NCBI RefSeq assembly: GCF_006345805.1
Contig: NC_043011.1
Span: 51,968,464 to 52,032,463 of the forward strand
Direction of reading: 5' to 3'
Length of the DNA: 64,000 nt
Source of the DNA: Octopus sinensis
Lineage: Eukaryota
How positions within the stretch are numbered: position 1 is the stretch's first letter; every line of letters starts with the position of its first letter. Below, one piece after another: positions 11,697 to 25,019 of this stretch. Below the pieces are notes generated by a model, which was not told the DNA's origin, searched no databases, and saw only the letters and a program-made list of their open reading frames with translations. Made by a program: the position numbers and the translations under genes.

Positions 11697-13047
11697 CAAG
11701 GATAGTTTGAAAAGTTCATAGGCCAACTGTAAAGAAGTGATGCTAGAGCTATGAGATCTTGCATGCATTGCTTTCAGCTCCTCTTATTAATAAGTGCAAT
11801 GGTTCTTTCTAGGTAAACTGACATTTGACTGTTCAAAGAAAACTTCAAAAGTAGTAGTGAATTCTCTTGAAAATGGACAAAATCTAGCATAGTGGTGTTC
11901 CCAGGTACCCACTGAAAAAGGGTTTAGTCCCCTAAGATTCAGCTGGTTTCATTAAACATTTCTTAACCCAGGATGAGTGTTGGGTTCATCACTTTGAGTC
12001 AGAAACAAAGAGATAATTCATGCAATGAAAACACCATTCTTCACCTGCTCCAAAGAAGGCCAAAGTTGTTTCATCTTTAGGGATGGTGATGGCCTCAGTT
12101 TTTTGGGGATGCAAAAAGCATTGTGTTTATTGACTATCTTCAAAAGGGGCATGCTATCAATGGTGACTACTATGTCAACTTGCTGAGGCAGTTACAAAAG
12201 GTTATGCAGTCCAAATGCCCAAGAAAACTAGTATAAGCAGTTTTGTTTCATCAGGACAACATTCCAGCACACAAATCCTTAGTTTCCTTACTCTCAATGG
12301 CTGATGTGCATGACTGTAGCTTTGGACTGGTCAATCAGCCTCCTTATTCTTCTGATTTGACCCCATCTAACTATCGTCTATTCCCCAACATGAAAAAATA
12401 TTTGGCTGGGAGCCAGTATTGCACTATTGATACCATACTTGCCGTTGATAACTTTTTTTAACCAACAGGATGAGAGCTTCTTTGCTAAAGGGATCCAAGC
12501 ACTGAAATGCTGATGGAAGAAGTGTGTGGAGCTTAAGGGGGACTATACTCTTTACTCTTTTACTTGTTTCAGTCATTTGACTGCGGCCATGCTGGAGCAC
12601 CGCCTTTAGTCGAGCAAATCGACCCCGGGACTTATTCTTTGTAAGTCCAGTACTTATTCTATTGGTCTCTTTTGCCAAACCGCTAAGTGACGGGGACGTA
12701 AACACACCAGCATCGGTTGTCAAGCAATGCTAGGGGGACAAACACAGACACACAAACACACACACACACAGACATATATAAATATATATATATATACATA
12801 TATACGACAGGCTCCTTTCAGTTTCCGTCTACCAAATCCACTCACAAGGCATTGGTCGGCCCGGGGATATAGCAGAAGACACTTGCCCAAGATGCCACGC
12901 AGTGGGACTGAACCCGGAACCTTGTGGTTGGTAAGCAAGCTACTTACCACACAGCCACTCCTGCGTCTATGTTGAAAAATAAACCTCATTTCATCACGTT
13001 CCATGAGAGTATCTTGATCAGCCGATAAACTTTTCAGCTGCCCCTCA
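11697..13047 (+). mobile_element. Mariner (DD34D-type) transposon, internally deleted and pseudogenised, interrupted by a SINE
   Basis: TA-flanked TIRs (TGAAAAGTTCATAGGC / GCCGATAAACTTTTCA); decayed frame MDKI...KKGL, FLTQDECWVHH, VMASVFW, VLFHQDN, PPYSSDLTPS, WKKCV...GDY|VEK* with stops and frameshifts. Confidence 0.9.
12547..12966 (-). mobile_element. SINE family A inserted in the mariner ORF end
   Basis: Full family A copy; CTAT duplicated at 12543-12546 and 12967-12970. Confidence 0.9.
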
Positions 13048-13591
13048 TACAGTCTTAGAAATAGATAGCCACATTTGTGTAATGCTGTCTCAGCTAAATA
13101 AGATGGGATGGGGCTAAACAACACCATCACCACCACCACTACAACCATATCCACCCTCACTCATCAGTAGTTTATCATATTGTATCAGAAAAATATATAA
13201 TCTGATTTTTGGTATATTATGAGCCATATTCCTATATGAACTGCAGTGTCCCAGTCTCCGAGGAGGAGATGGTGGTGGTGCTGCAGTAACAGTGGGGTTG
13301 ATGATGATGATGGTGGTGGTGGTGGTGGAAGTGATGATAGTATTGATAATGATGAGGATGATGTCAGTGCTGGTAGTGGTGTTGGCTATGTTAGTAATGG
13401 TGAAACTGGTGACACTGATGGTAATGATGACAGTGGTAGTGGTGGTGGTGGTGGTGGTGGTGGTATTAGTAGTGGTGATCATCATGATGGTAGTGGGGTT
13501 GGTAGTGAATGTCTTATTAACAAATAATTCACTGTCAAAATGAAGGTTTTAAGGAACCACATTGTGTGTACATGTGTGTGTGTGTGTATAC

Positions 13592-13623
<32 letters not shown>

Positions 13624-13934
13624 TATATATAATGTGTGTGTGTTTTGGGGGGAGGGACAAACCCATCTACTTCTCCCTCCTCGCCACCACTACCACTGTA
13701 GACTTACTGTAACACATGTCTTTGAGCTATGATTGATGAATTTGCTAAGTTTTATGAAATAAGATTAGCAAATTTAAATGAATTAATTCTGTTGGTTCAC
13801 CTTCTTTGCTCTCATCTTTCATTGAAATTATCTTCCTCCAGTGTATGTATGAATGTTTTTGTATTTGTGTGTGTTTCTCCATGAATATCTATATATAATA
13901 CTTATAAAAATATATATTGTTTGTGTGTGTGTGT

Positions 13935-14004
<70 letters not shown>

Positions 14005-14311
14005 TCAAGCGCAGACACATGTGCACATGAAAATATACATTTGTATATATACACATGTAAGCACATAGGTGCAAAACAATGTTGGAAAAAATGTACTCAA
14101 ATACCGAAGGTAGAGTAAAATAGAATGTATACATACATACATACATAAATATATATGCATGTATATACATATATATGCATGCACATTTGGACACACAAAC
14201 ACACACACATACATATATACATACATTCATATATGTATTTGTACACACACACACACACATACGACAGTGCCCCAGCATGTCTGTGTGGTCCAATGACTGA
14301 AACGAGTGAAA

Positions 14312-14359
<48 letters not shown>

Positions 14360-14805
14360 CGGAATCGAAATTGAACCAATCCAATCCTATGACTAGCACC
14401 CGGCAGATGCCAGGACCCCTGGACTGGAGATACGTAAAAGCACTATCCGAATCGTGGCCAATGCCAGCGCCACCTCGACTGGCTTCCACGTCGGTGGCAC
14501 GTAAAAAGCACCATCCGAATCGTGGGCGAAGCCAGTGCCGCCTCAACTGGCTTCCGTGCAGGTGGCATGTAAAATGCACCAATCCGACCGTGGCCGATGC
14601 CAGCCTCACCTGGCACCTGTGCAGGTGGCACGTAAAAAGCACCCACTACACTCACGGAGTGGTTGGCGTTAGGAAGGGCATCCAGCTGTAGAAACATTGC
14701 CAGATAAGACCGGAGCCTGGTGCAGCCTTCTGGCTTCCCAGATCCCCGGTCGAACCGTCCAACCCATGCTAGCATGGAGAACGGACATTAAACGATGATG
14801 ATGAT
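14360..14805 (+). mobile_element. Family C modular retroposon, 4 modules
   Basis: Starts GAATCGAAATTGAACC; modules at about 14426, 14493, 14561 and 14624; (GAT)n tail. Confidence 0.88.
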
Positions 14806-14873
14806 ATATATCATTGTCGTCATTTAACATCTGCCTTCCATGCTAGCATGGGTGGGATGGTTTGACAGGAGCC

Positions 14874-14974
<101 letters not shown>

Positions 14975-15113
14975 AATGTGAATACCTATTTGTGTATATG
15001 AATGTGTTTGTGTCAACAGCAGCAGTTAATGTCTGTTTTCCATACTGGCATGAATTGGACAGTTTGACAGGATCCAGTGAGTTGCAGAACTGCATCATGC
15101 TCCAAAGTCCATA

Positions 15114-15245
15114 TTTGGCTTAGTGGTTAGGGCATTGGGCTCATGATCACAAAAGCATGGGTTCAAATCCTGGACTGGGAAGCACATTGTATTCTTTAGC
15201 AAGGAACTTCATTTCACATTACTCCAGTTTGCTCACTTTCAGCAA
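15114..15245 (+). mobile_element. tRNA-derived SINE family D head
   Basis: TGGCTTAGTGGTTAG A-box, GGGTTCAAATCC B-box, TTCTTTAGCAAGG core; matches the reverse complement of the 55482-55823 head. Confidence 0.7.
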
Positions 15246-16924
15246 ACTAAGCTAGAGTTTCTCCAGCTGTCATATCATCAATGTACTGTTGGGTCAAAGG
15301 CGAGAGAGCTGAGTGGATATCTATGTCTGCTCACAAAGTTAAAACATTTAGAGGAATTACAAAACCCCCCACACTACTTGCTTTATCACCTTTCTGTGCT
15401 GTCTTTTCCTTTCTCGCTAACTCCTGATATTAATCCCTTCCATTGTCCCTGCCATACTCCCTCCTTCAACAGTGTCTACTCTATCATGCTTTTTCTCTAC
15501 TACCACCTTCTCACAACTCTATATTTCTTCTCATCTTACTTTACCATCCCTCATCACCCCACCTAGAACCATCTCATCTTCTTTCTTGTATCTTTCATCA
15601 GTTATAAGGGCCCTGCAAGTTGTCAGGCCACTTCACTAGCTCTGGTGTCATAACAAATCACCAGTACACTCTGTGAAGTAGTTAGCATCACCCAAACTGC
15701 CCCTTATACAATAACTCCAACTCTTCTGTGTTTAGCTGCTCTGTGCAAACAACCCTGCTCCCTTGTATCAGTTTATTTCAGATATTTGTCTTGAACAGGA
15801 AAAATTGTCAGAATTTGCCGACAATTGATAATGTCAGATCACATATCAATGATCAGAATTTTTCATCCCTATGCAGAATTCTTTAGTACTGCCTAACATT
15901 TTAGTGTTATTAGCTTTTGAAATTGTTGGCTTCTTTCTTGAATCTCTTCATTCAGATCCAAAGTCTTTGAACACTGTTCTTTATGCAATATGGTGGCAAA
16001 ACCATAGAGTTTGCAGCCTCTCTAACAATTGCAAGTCCGTATTTAATAACTTCCCTCTTTACTTTCTGCAGCCTTCCAGATCTCTTTTTCATTCAGTAAT
16101 GCCTTGGCTATTTTAGTCATCATATTGTGATCAATACCAAAAAAATTGAGCTATATCTCAGGACTTTCCACATTGATATCACCCAGTGAATTGCATCCTG
16201 TAAATTCAGTGATATCTATTCCTATTCCCCCCAATGGTTTACATTGGTGTGTTCTTTTAAATTAAAGATACAATTAATCCAAAAATGCAATTAAATTTAT
16301 CTTTGTACTAGCAAAGAATATAGAATATATCTAATTAGAAAAAATATATACTGAAAGAAATAACAGGTAGCTAAGCATTTTTTGAAAGTCACTGTCTGTG
16401 TGTACATGTATATATTTGTGAGTAAGTGTGTGTGTGTATGTATGTGTGTGTATATGAGTATATATATGTGTGCTTATACATGTGTGTGTGTTAGATATGT
16501 ATATATCATATACATATGTGTGTAGATATGTATATATCTACAGTTAAATATAACAATAGTTTCTGGTTTATAAATTTCTCTCATTTTCATTTCTTTTGAA
16601 CTAGCAATTGAATATCTTAGAATTGAAGGAATAGATATTAGAATGGAGAAAAAAAGGAAAACTGAAGAATGAAAAGAAGGGAAAAAAATGTAAAAGTGGA
16701 GGCAGAAGCTGATGGTGCTAAAAAAATTCCATTAGGGAGAATGGCTCAGTTTGAAATCATGGCTGTTCTAAGTCTATTTATAGCGGAAAAGATCCACAAC
16801 TTGATGTATGTATAGGATTCAACAGAGAATACATAAAAGGGAAGTGAAGTGGACTATTGAAATATGTAGGGAAAATATATAAGTTAATATAAAAGCTGGT
16901 ACAAAAAATATCATATAATAATAA

Positions 16925-17913
16925 TTATTTCTATTCTAGGCATAAGGCCTTGAACATTTTGGGGGAAGGGGGTTAGTCAATTACATCAACCCCAGTGTGT
17001 AACTGGTACTGATTTCATCGATCTCAAAAGGATGAAAGGCAAAGTCAATCTTGGTGGAATTTGACAGACAAAATACCACAAAGCATTTTGCCCAGCATGC
17101 AAATAATTCTGCCAGTTTGCCACATGAAATCTTGTGAGAATGAACTAGTCAATTGCATTGACCTCAGTGTTTCACTGGTACTTAATTTATTCATATTGAA
17201 AGGATGAAAGGTAAAGTTGATCTCAGCAGAATTTGAACTCAGAACATAGCGGCAGGCGAAATACTGCTAAGCATTTCATCCAGCATGCTAATGATTCTGC
17301 CAGTGGGCTATTCAACCTGAAGGAAAGTCCAACTGAGCCCCATTCTGCAAGGTCATGCGCTGCTTATCTTGACATTAGGTCACTGTGTTGTGAACATATG
17401 GTTGTGACGCATATGCCTAGTGTACCCTTATCAGACAGGTAATCATGATGGATATATTTGTATATTTGTACCTCAGTACCGCTTTGATGGCATGTGCTGC
17501 TCTCTCACTCAATGATAATGATAATAATCCTTTCTATTATAGGCACAAGGGCTGAAATTTGGGGGAAGGGGACTGATTGATTACATTGGCCCCAGTATTT
17601 GACTGGTACATATTTTATTGATCCCAAAAGGATGAAATGCCACTAAGCATTTTGTCTGGCATACTAACAATCCTGCAAACTTACCACTTTAATAATAATA
17701 GTAATTTTAATAATAATTCTTCCTAATTTGGACACAAGGCCAGCAATTTTTTTCAGAAGTGGGTATGTCAATTTCTTCAACCCCAGTACTTGACGAGTGT
17801 TTCATTTTATCAACCCTGAAAAGATGAAAGGCAGAGTTGATTTCACTGGGGTTTGAACTCAGAATGTAATAAAGTGGAAGAAGTGTTACTAATGACTCTG
17901 CCAGCTCACCACC

Positions 17914-17951
<38 letters not shown>

Positions 17952-18020
17952 CATCTTTTCTACTAAAGGCACAAGGCCTGAAATTTTGGAGGGAGGGAAC
18001 TAGTTGATTACATTGACCAC
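16925..18020 (-). mobile_element. Chain of about five co-oriented family B SINE copies or fragments separated by (AAT)n
   Basis: Repeated AGGCACAAGGCC / GGATGAAAGG / GAATTTGAACTCAGAA blocks at about 16935, 17150, 17530, 17715 and 17945. Confidence 0.8.
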
Positions 18021-18410
18021 TGCAATAAGTGTGTGAATCTGAGAGGGAAATATGTTCAATAAAATCGTTATTAACTGATCCTCCTGTATTTTCTTTTACC
18101 ATATGCCAGGAACTTTTCAGCACCCCCTTGTGTATACACACACACACACATATATATATATATACATACATACAAGGTGCTTTCAAAAAGTATCCAACTT
18201 TTTTCTGCCAAAACTAATGTCACATGAGCAAAATTCTTTGAGTGGGAGGTGACACCACTTTTCCTGTGCATGTGAGAAAATTATCACACCAGTAGGCTGC
18301 GGCAGTTCCTGGCTATCATGCCTAGAGTACAGACATGTAGTGTGTTCTCACTGGATTTTCATTCCATGAAGGTTGAAAGACAGTGTTGCTCTTCTTGGGA
18401 TTTGACTTCA
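18014..18410 (+). mobile_element. Mariner remnants: a 3' end (HCNKCVNLRGKYVQ* plus TIR) and a separate 5' end
   Basis: GCCAGGAACTTTTCAGCACCCC TIR at about 18105-18126; TACAAGGTGCTTTCAAAAAGTATCC left-end motif at 18171. Confidence 0.6.
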
Positions 18411-18691
18411 GAGTGTAAAGCATCATAACCAAATATCAAAATACATTTCGTTTTACACGCTAAGAATTCTGAAAATACAATATAATAAAATATTAAGAAA
18501 TAAGAGTCAATGGGCATGTTGCACACACACCCACACACAGTCTATTTCTGTCTGTCTGTCTCTGTCTGTCTGTCTCTCTCTCTCCTTCAAAGTATAAGTG
18601 TGTCTATATAGTTGGGTTTGTACATTTACTTTTATGTATAAATCTGTTTATCTATTGTTTGTACTGCCCTAATTTCAGCATTCTATCTATA

Positions 18692-19794
18692 CAGTAGCAA
18701 CCATAATATGAGGATCAGTGAGAACAAGTGTATTGAAATAGTTATTATAGAAGATTAACAACACGAGACTAGATATTTCACACATATTTAGATATATCTA
18801 ATATCTATCTTTCGTGAAAATTTCAAGTGAATGAAATAAATATTTCTTAAGTTATGAGGAAATAAACAAACAATCTTCCAAATTGCCACAGCCAAAATTT
18901 AATGATCACTTAGAAAAAATGAACTACTAACCGAGATATTTATTGTTTAGAAGACTGTTAATGGGCTAACAGTTACTTCTTATGATCTTACATTATTGAA
19001 CGTTCAACTGTCAACATGGTGGCTTGTTAGAGATGACCAGTGTCCTGTGATGCAAAACAAAAGATTGTATGCCTTCACCAAGAGGGCAAGTCGAATTCTG
19101 TGATAGCAACTACTGTAGGAAGGTCTAGAAATGTTGTACAATGAACTGTAGCTCATTTTTAAGTCATCACGGTCAACAGATGCTAAACCCAAAACTGCTA
19201 GACCTTGTGAAACTTCATCAAGACAGGATCATATTATTGGTTAGAATGTCACTGAAGGATAGGTTTGAGAGTGCTGCTGAGATATCCTGCAAGTTTAGCT
19301 CCACTTCCGATGTCAATGTATCACACAAAACAGTTTCTCAGAGGTTACAAGGTTCTGGGTTGCTCGCTCAAGCACCAGCAAAGAAAGCTCTGATCTCCAA
19401 GAAGAATCAAAGAGCCCTTCTTCGTTTCACTCACAAACATGTCATTTGGACAAGAAATTAATTCAGTCCTGTAGTAACAGATGTCAGGAGGTCATGATAG
19501 TAAAGGGATGTTCATAAAAATATTAATTGTAAGGGTTTCTTTTGTGTTCTTGTTTCATTTTTCATTGTTTTTCTTAGTGACCCTTAATTTTTGGCTGTTG
19601 CAGTTTGAAAGATTATTTGTTATTTCCTCATAATTTATAAAATATTTATTCCATTCACTTGAAAGTTTCACGAAAGATAGATATTAAATATATCTAAACA
19701 TGTGTAAAATATCTAGTCTCAACATTTTGTTAATCTGTAATAAATATTGCAATACACTTGTTCTTACTGACCCTTTATATTATGCCCGCTACTG
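18692..19794 (+). mobile_element. Tc1-family transposon with long (about 235 bp) IR/DR terminal repeats, internally deleted
   Basis: 18692-18923 is the reverse complement of about 19561-19794; CAGT termini; decayed N-terminal transposase (KIVCLHQEGKS..IA..VGRS, RMSLKDRFESA, VSHKTVSQRL..GL....PAKK.LISKKN...L.F...HV.WT). Confidence 0.9.
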
Positions 19795-20072
19795 TGGTGT
19801 GTGTGTGTGTGTGTGTGTGCATGTATGTATGTATGTGTGTATGTATGTTTGTGTATGTATGTATATGTATGTATGTATGTGTATGTATGTATATGCATAT
19901 GTATACATATGTATATATATGTATGTATATGTACATATATATATGTGTGTAATTATATATGTATATATGTATATGTGTGTGTGTATATGTATATATGTGT
20001 GTGTGTATACGTATATATATGTATGTATATGTATATATATGGGGGGGTGTATATTTATATACATACATACAC

Positions 20073-20129
<57 letters not shown>

Positions 20130-20614
20130 CCCACATACATTGTATGTGTGTTATTTATCATCACTGTTGTCATTGCTGCTGTTATATATTATTGTCATTA
20201 TTTATTTTAATCTTTTAAATGAATTCTTTTGAGTCTTCACTGAATGAATCAAGTTGACAATAAATTGTTTAAGACTTCTGTCAAATGTATTGAAATAACA
20301 TTTCACAAGCCAAAAGCTGATTGCAGAAGCAAATTCTTTGTTCTCAGATCAAATTTAAAGATAGTTTTCATTTTGACATGTTCACCAAATAAATAGCTGT
20401 TTGGAATTTATTTTGTGTACATTATGTATTGGACAAGTATTGCTACTTAATTACATTACTTTTCCAGGATTTTATATATGTCTCTGTAAAGATTTTATGA
20501 GCAGTAGCTTTTGGTATTTAATATATATATGTATATACTAGCTTAGTAAGAATTGTAATTGTGGCAGCAACTGTTTCATGTTGCTAGGAAGTAATCAACA
20601 CAGTAGAGTGTGAT

Positions 20615-20645
<31 letters not shown>

Positions 20646-20744
20646 TATCTATATATAGGGAGAATTCACAAAAAACAAAAGACGAAGACAGGTGGTGTAG
20701 ATAACAAACAGATGTATTAGTATAACGCTCGGTAAGTGAAAAAG

Positions 20745-20782
20745 TCTTTAACGTTTCGAGCCAACGCTCTTCCACGGAAATG
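20745..20782 (-). ncRNA. Degenerate minimal type I hammerhead-like motif in a Penelope-type repeat
   Basis: CAUUU CCGUGGA A GAGC GUUG GCUC GAAACGUU AAAGA. Confidence 0.5.
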
Positions 20783-20832
20783 AACACAGAAAGAAACAAG
20801 GAGAGACAATATGGAATGTGTAGTGGCTAGCG

Positions 20833-20869
<37 letters not shown>

Positions 20870-20895
20870 CACACACAAACACACATACATACATA

Positions 20896-21092
20896 CAAGA
20901 GAGTGCTGAAAACTTCCTTGCTTTAAAGGTACCGTGAAGGGCCTGGTTTGGAGCCCCAACCTTCCAAGTTGTTTTACAGGACTTAGAAAACCTGAAGGAC
21001 CACTGCAATATGGGTGTTAATAAAATCATAATTAACTGATCCTCCTGTATTTTCTTTTATCCAAAGCCAGGAACTTTTCAGCACCACTCATG
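20896..21092. mobile_element. Mariner-derived MITE
   Basis: TIRs GAGTGCTGAAAACTTCCTTGCTTT / AAAGCCAGGAACTTTTCAGCACCACTC in TA/CA context. Confidence 0.75.
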
Positions 21093-21110
21093 TGTACACA
21101 CACATGCATG

Positions 21111-21180
<70 letters not shown>

Positions 21181-21428
21181 CTAAATACAAGCACAGGCAT
21201 AGCTTGCACAGAATTTTGGGCAAATATCTTCCCCTATAGCCATTGACCAGCCTTGTGATTAAATATGGGATGGAAACTATATGAACCCTACTGTGTGTGT
21301 GCATGTTATTCATGGAAGCAGGTGAGGATTGGCAACAGAAAGAGCATCCAGCCATAGAAAATCTGCCTCAACAAATTCCATCCCACCCATAAAAGAACAG
21401 AAAAGTAGATGTTAAAATGATGATAATG

Positions 21429-21546
<118 letters not shown>

Positions 21547-21649
21547 TAGTGTTAATCCAAACAAGAAAGCACAAAAAAAACACAACAACGCGAGGACGTG
21601 GAACAAATATAGTATTATTGGACGCTCAGGAAAGAAGGAAAGAAGGAGG

Positions 21650-21684
21650 ATTTAACGTTTCGAGCGGAGCTCTTCGTCGGAAAC
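21650..21684 (-). ncRNA. Minimal type I hammerhead-like motif (core CCGACGA)
   Basis: GUUU CCGACGA A GAGC UCC GCUC GAAACGUU AAAU. Confidence 0.6.
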
Positions 21685-21817
21685 ATAGGAGAAGGAAAAA
21701 TCCAGAGAAGGGAAGACAGAGGAAAAAAAATCACCAACGGTACACACGAGATCACATTTATGATAGATCGTTAGCTACTACACGCATTTTTCTCTCTCTT
21801 TGTTTTTTTTCTGTGTA

Positions 21818-21855
21818 TCTTTCTGTCGAAGAGCGTAGGCTCGAAACGTAAAAGA
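21818..21855 (+). ncRNA. Minimal type I hammerhead-like motif (core CUGUCGA)
   Basis: UCUUU CUGUCGA A GAGC GUAG GCUC GAAACGUA AAAGA: 5-bp stem I, 4-bp stem II, palindromic ACGU stem III, GUA triplet ending at 21850. Confidence 0.62.
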
Positions 21856-21902
21856 CTTTTTCTATTCCTGAGTGCTCTTTTGTTTATTTTCGTAAACTTT
21901 CC

Positions 21903-21953
<51 letters not shown>

Positions 21954-22169
21954 CAACATGGGCTTCTACCAAATCCACTTACATTGATCAGCCCAAGGTA
22001 CCATGTAGCGGGACTGAAACTTTGTGGTTGCAAAACAAACTTCTTATCTCCATACCTATTGTTGCACCTCACACACACACATGCAAAGAGATAAAAAAAC
22101 AGAAAGCTGTAAACTTGTATGCATCCAATCTGGTATATTGATAATAGAATAAATAATGTCTTCATTTGA

Positions 22170-22617
22170 CAGAATTTTCAGAGCATCAGACAAGATGCTC
22201 TGGAGTAATGGCTCAGGTTCTTTATATTCTGTATTCAAATCCAGCCAAGTTGTACTTTACCTTTCATTCCTTCAGAATTAACAAAGTACCAGTTATATAC
22301 TGGAGCCAGTGTAATGAACTAACATGCTCCCTTCTACTTAAATTTGAGACCTTATGCCTGCCTGTAATAGAAACAACCATTATCATCATCATCATCATAG
22401 TAGTAAGGTAGTGAGCTGGCAGAATTGTTAGCATACGGGACAAAATACTTAGCAGCATTTTGTCTGTCTTTACGTTGTGTTCAAAATTTTACTGAGATTG
22501 ACTTTGCCTTTCATCCTTTTGGGTTTGATAAAATGAATACCAGTTGAGTACTGGGGTCAATGTAATTGACTATCTCTCTTCCCCCAAATTTCAGGCCTTG
22601 TGCCTATAGTAGAAAAG

Positions 22618-22662
<45 letters not shown>

Positions 22663-22825
22663 GTCTGAGTTCGGATTCTGCCCTTGTCAACTTTGCCTTT
22701 CATCCTTTCAGGCTGGGTTGATGAAATAAGTACCAGTTGAGTACTGGGATCAGTATAATCAAATGACTAGCCCTCTCCCTTAAAAACTTAAGGCATTGTA
22801 CCTATAGTAGAAAGAATTATTATTA
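22170..22825 (+). mobile_element. Chain of three family B SINEs joined by (ATC/ATT)n tails
   Basis: Repeated CTTTGCCTTTCATCCTTT and GCCTATAGTAGAAA blocks. Confidence 0.78.
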
Positions 22826-23054
22826 TTTTTATTTATTGTATTATCTTTGATCATGCTTTGTAACCATTGCAATTACATTACTTTAAATGTAAAGGTTTAA
22901 CTATAATACTCCATGTTCTTATAAACATTCTGGCTGAAATTTTGAGAATTTCATGTTTTCTGTTCTAGTCTGCAGGCCTGGTTGGCTCCTAAAACTGGTT
23001 AATAGATTATACTGAAAGGTGTTTAATCAACCCTAACAAACACACACCCACACT

Positions 23055-23161
<107 letters not shown>

Positions 23162-23760
23162 CCTCCCTCTCTCATTTAATAGTATAGAAAAATTGTATGT
23201 GCCTGTTGTATCACTAGGAAGGAGCAATATTGCATGCAGGTCAAAGCACCACCACATAGATGCCTCCCCATTGTCCTTGGCAGTGTTTTGTGTGTGGCAG
23301 GATATTAGATATAGGAGTGGGTGGACAAAATCCTGAGCTAGAAGTAAAAGGGAATGTTGGATCAAATCACTGCTGGAATTCTAGGTGGTCTGAAGGAACC
23401 TGAGAAAATTTTTTTTTATAAATTTGCCTTTTTGGTATGAAAATTACTGAAGAAATATTTCAATGCTAAATATTCTTCCAAATGAAACCCCCTGAATCAT
23501 AGAAAAAGATCTTACTGGGTATTGATATATCATTTTGTTGCTATTGACCCTGATCATGCTGCTTTATGATAGAAGGCCATCATCAATAACCATCCCAACT
23601 ATTTTTGTATATAATGTACCCTTAACTACATTGTCTAATGCATCTTACATATTCCCTTTTTTTATTTAGTAGTTTGAGGAATATTTGACTGCTGTTTCCG
23701 ACAGATCTAGGACTCTGATCGGGTCAAAGTGTTTTATCAATGTATGTAGCAATCCGAATT

Positions 23761-23865
23761 CTGTGCACAATTTGCTGCAGTCTGAATGCTCTGCACAATT
23801 TGCTGCAGTCTGAATGCTGTGCACAATTTTCTGTAGTCTGAATGCTACACATTTTACTGCAGTCC
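23761..23865. repeat. 28-bp minisatellite, about 3.6 copies
   Basis: Unit CTGTGCACAATTTGCTGCAGTCTGAATG. Confidence 0.9.
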
Positions 23866-25019
23866 TACTTGATTCTTTTGTATCCAAGGCTGTAGTAATA
23901 ACTGTAATAGTGATGACTATTGTTACTGTTTTTGTTTGCCCCAGGTCAACTCAGATTGATCAACAATTTTCCAACTGTGACCATCCATAGTATATCTAAA
24001 GATATACTATCTTTTATTGACCTTCACTTTAAGATAAGGGGTTTTGACTTGAAGGAGATTTGGCTGCTATTTGTACCATGTTATGTTATCCTTTAAAAAC
24101 TGCCTTGTAGGCTCAAAGAGTAATTTAGACATAGTTGGTGTAGGAGGGTGTGGTTCTTCAAGATTTATGACCTTTCTAATTGGATAGTTTAGGTCAAGGA
24201 ATATTGTGGAGTTAGAAATTTATTGAGAGATAGATCAAGTTGGACTGTTTATAATAAACTTTAGCGTTGTGGGTTGATGAGAAAGATGTTGAGTGTAGAA
24301 TAAGATGGCAAAGTTGTGAGAGCATCAGAGGAAATGTCTTGCTGTATTTATTCTGGCTTCTTGCCTAAGTTCAAACCCCACAGGAGCAACTGCCTTTCAT
24401 CCTTCTGTGGCCAATAAATAAAGTACCTGTCTAAGGTAGTGAACTGATTGAATTATGAGTGTCAAGCAAAATGCCTTGTGATATTTGTTTTGTCTCTTGA
24501 TGTTCTTCAAGTCTTGCCATAGCCTGTATGGGTGGTAAACCTATAGTGTCTGGTATAACAGCACCACCTGACACTTTGGGTGCCTTTAACAGAGTCCACT
24601 CTGTTGTAAGTATTTGGGTGAGGCTTCTGGTTTTAGGATACCTGCTACTCTTCTATCAATCTCAGAAACCATGTAAACCATTTTAGACACTACTCTCCCC
24701 TTGTAGCTAGGCAATAAAATAAAAAATGGTTCTTAAAGAATTTAATGTAGAGGATTGTTAAATGTCGATAGAGACTAATAAGCTCTTAGAACCATTGATG
24801 ATTCTTACACAAGCTAGTTCACTCAGCAATTACCATTGCAATTACTGAAAGATCATTCATTGCAATAAATATAGGAGAAATTTAGGATAAAGAAATACAT
24901 TATAATCACCTATTCAGTCATTGTGGAGAAATAAACATGAAAACAGCAATTATACTAATGATGATGTCTTACATTAGCAGAATCATTTTTATGAGTGGTT
25001 ATCTAGTCAGTTAAATTAA

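Noticed and set aside
14640-14710. Possible HDV-like ribozyme in the family C block GGCGTTAGGAAGGGCATCCAGCTGTAGAAAC
   Set aside because: I could only fold a simple CACTC/GAGTG hairpin and not the nested double pseudoknot; an RNArobo or Infernal search would be needed.
24586-24615. Candidate micro-exon ttaacag|AGTCCACTCTGTT|gtaagt
   Set aside because: 13 nt, no similarity to the missing VPS41 N-terminus in any frame and no independent support.
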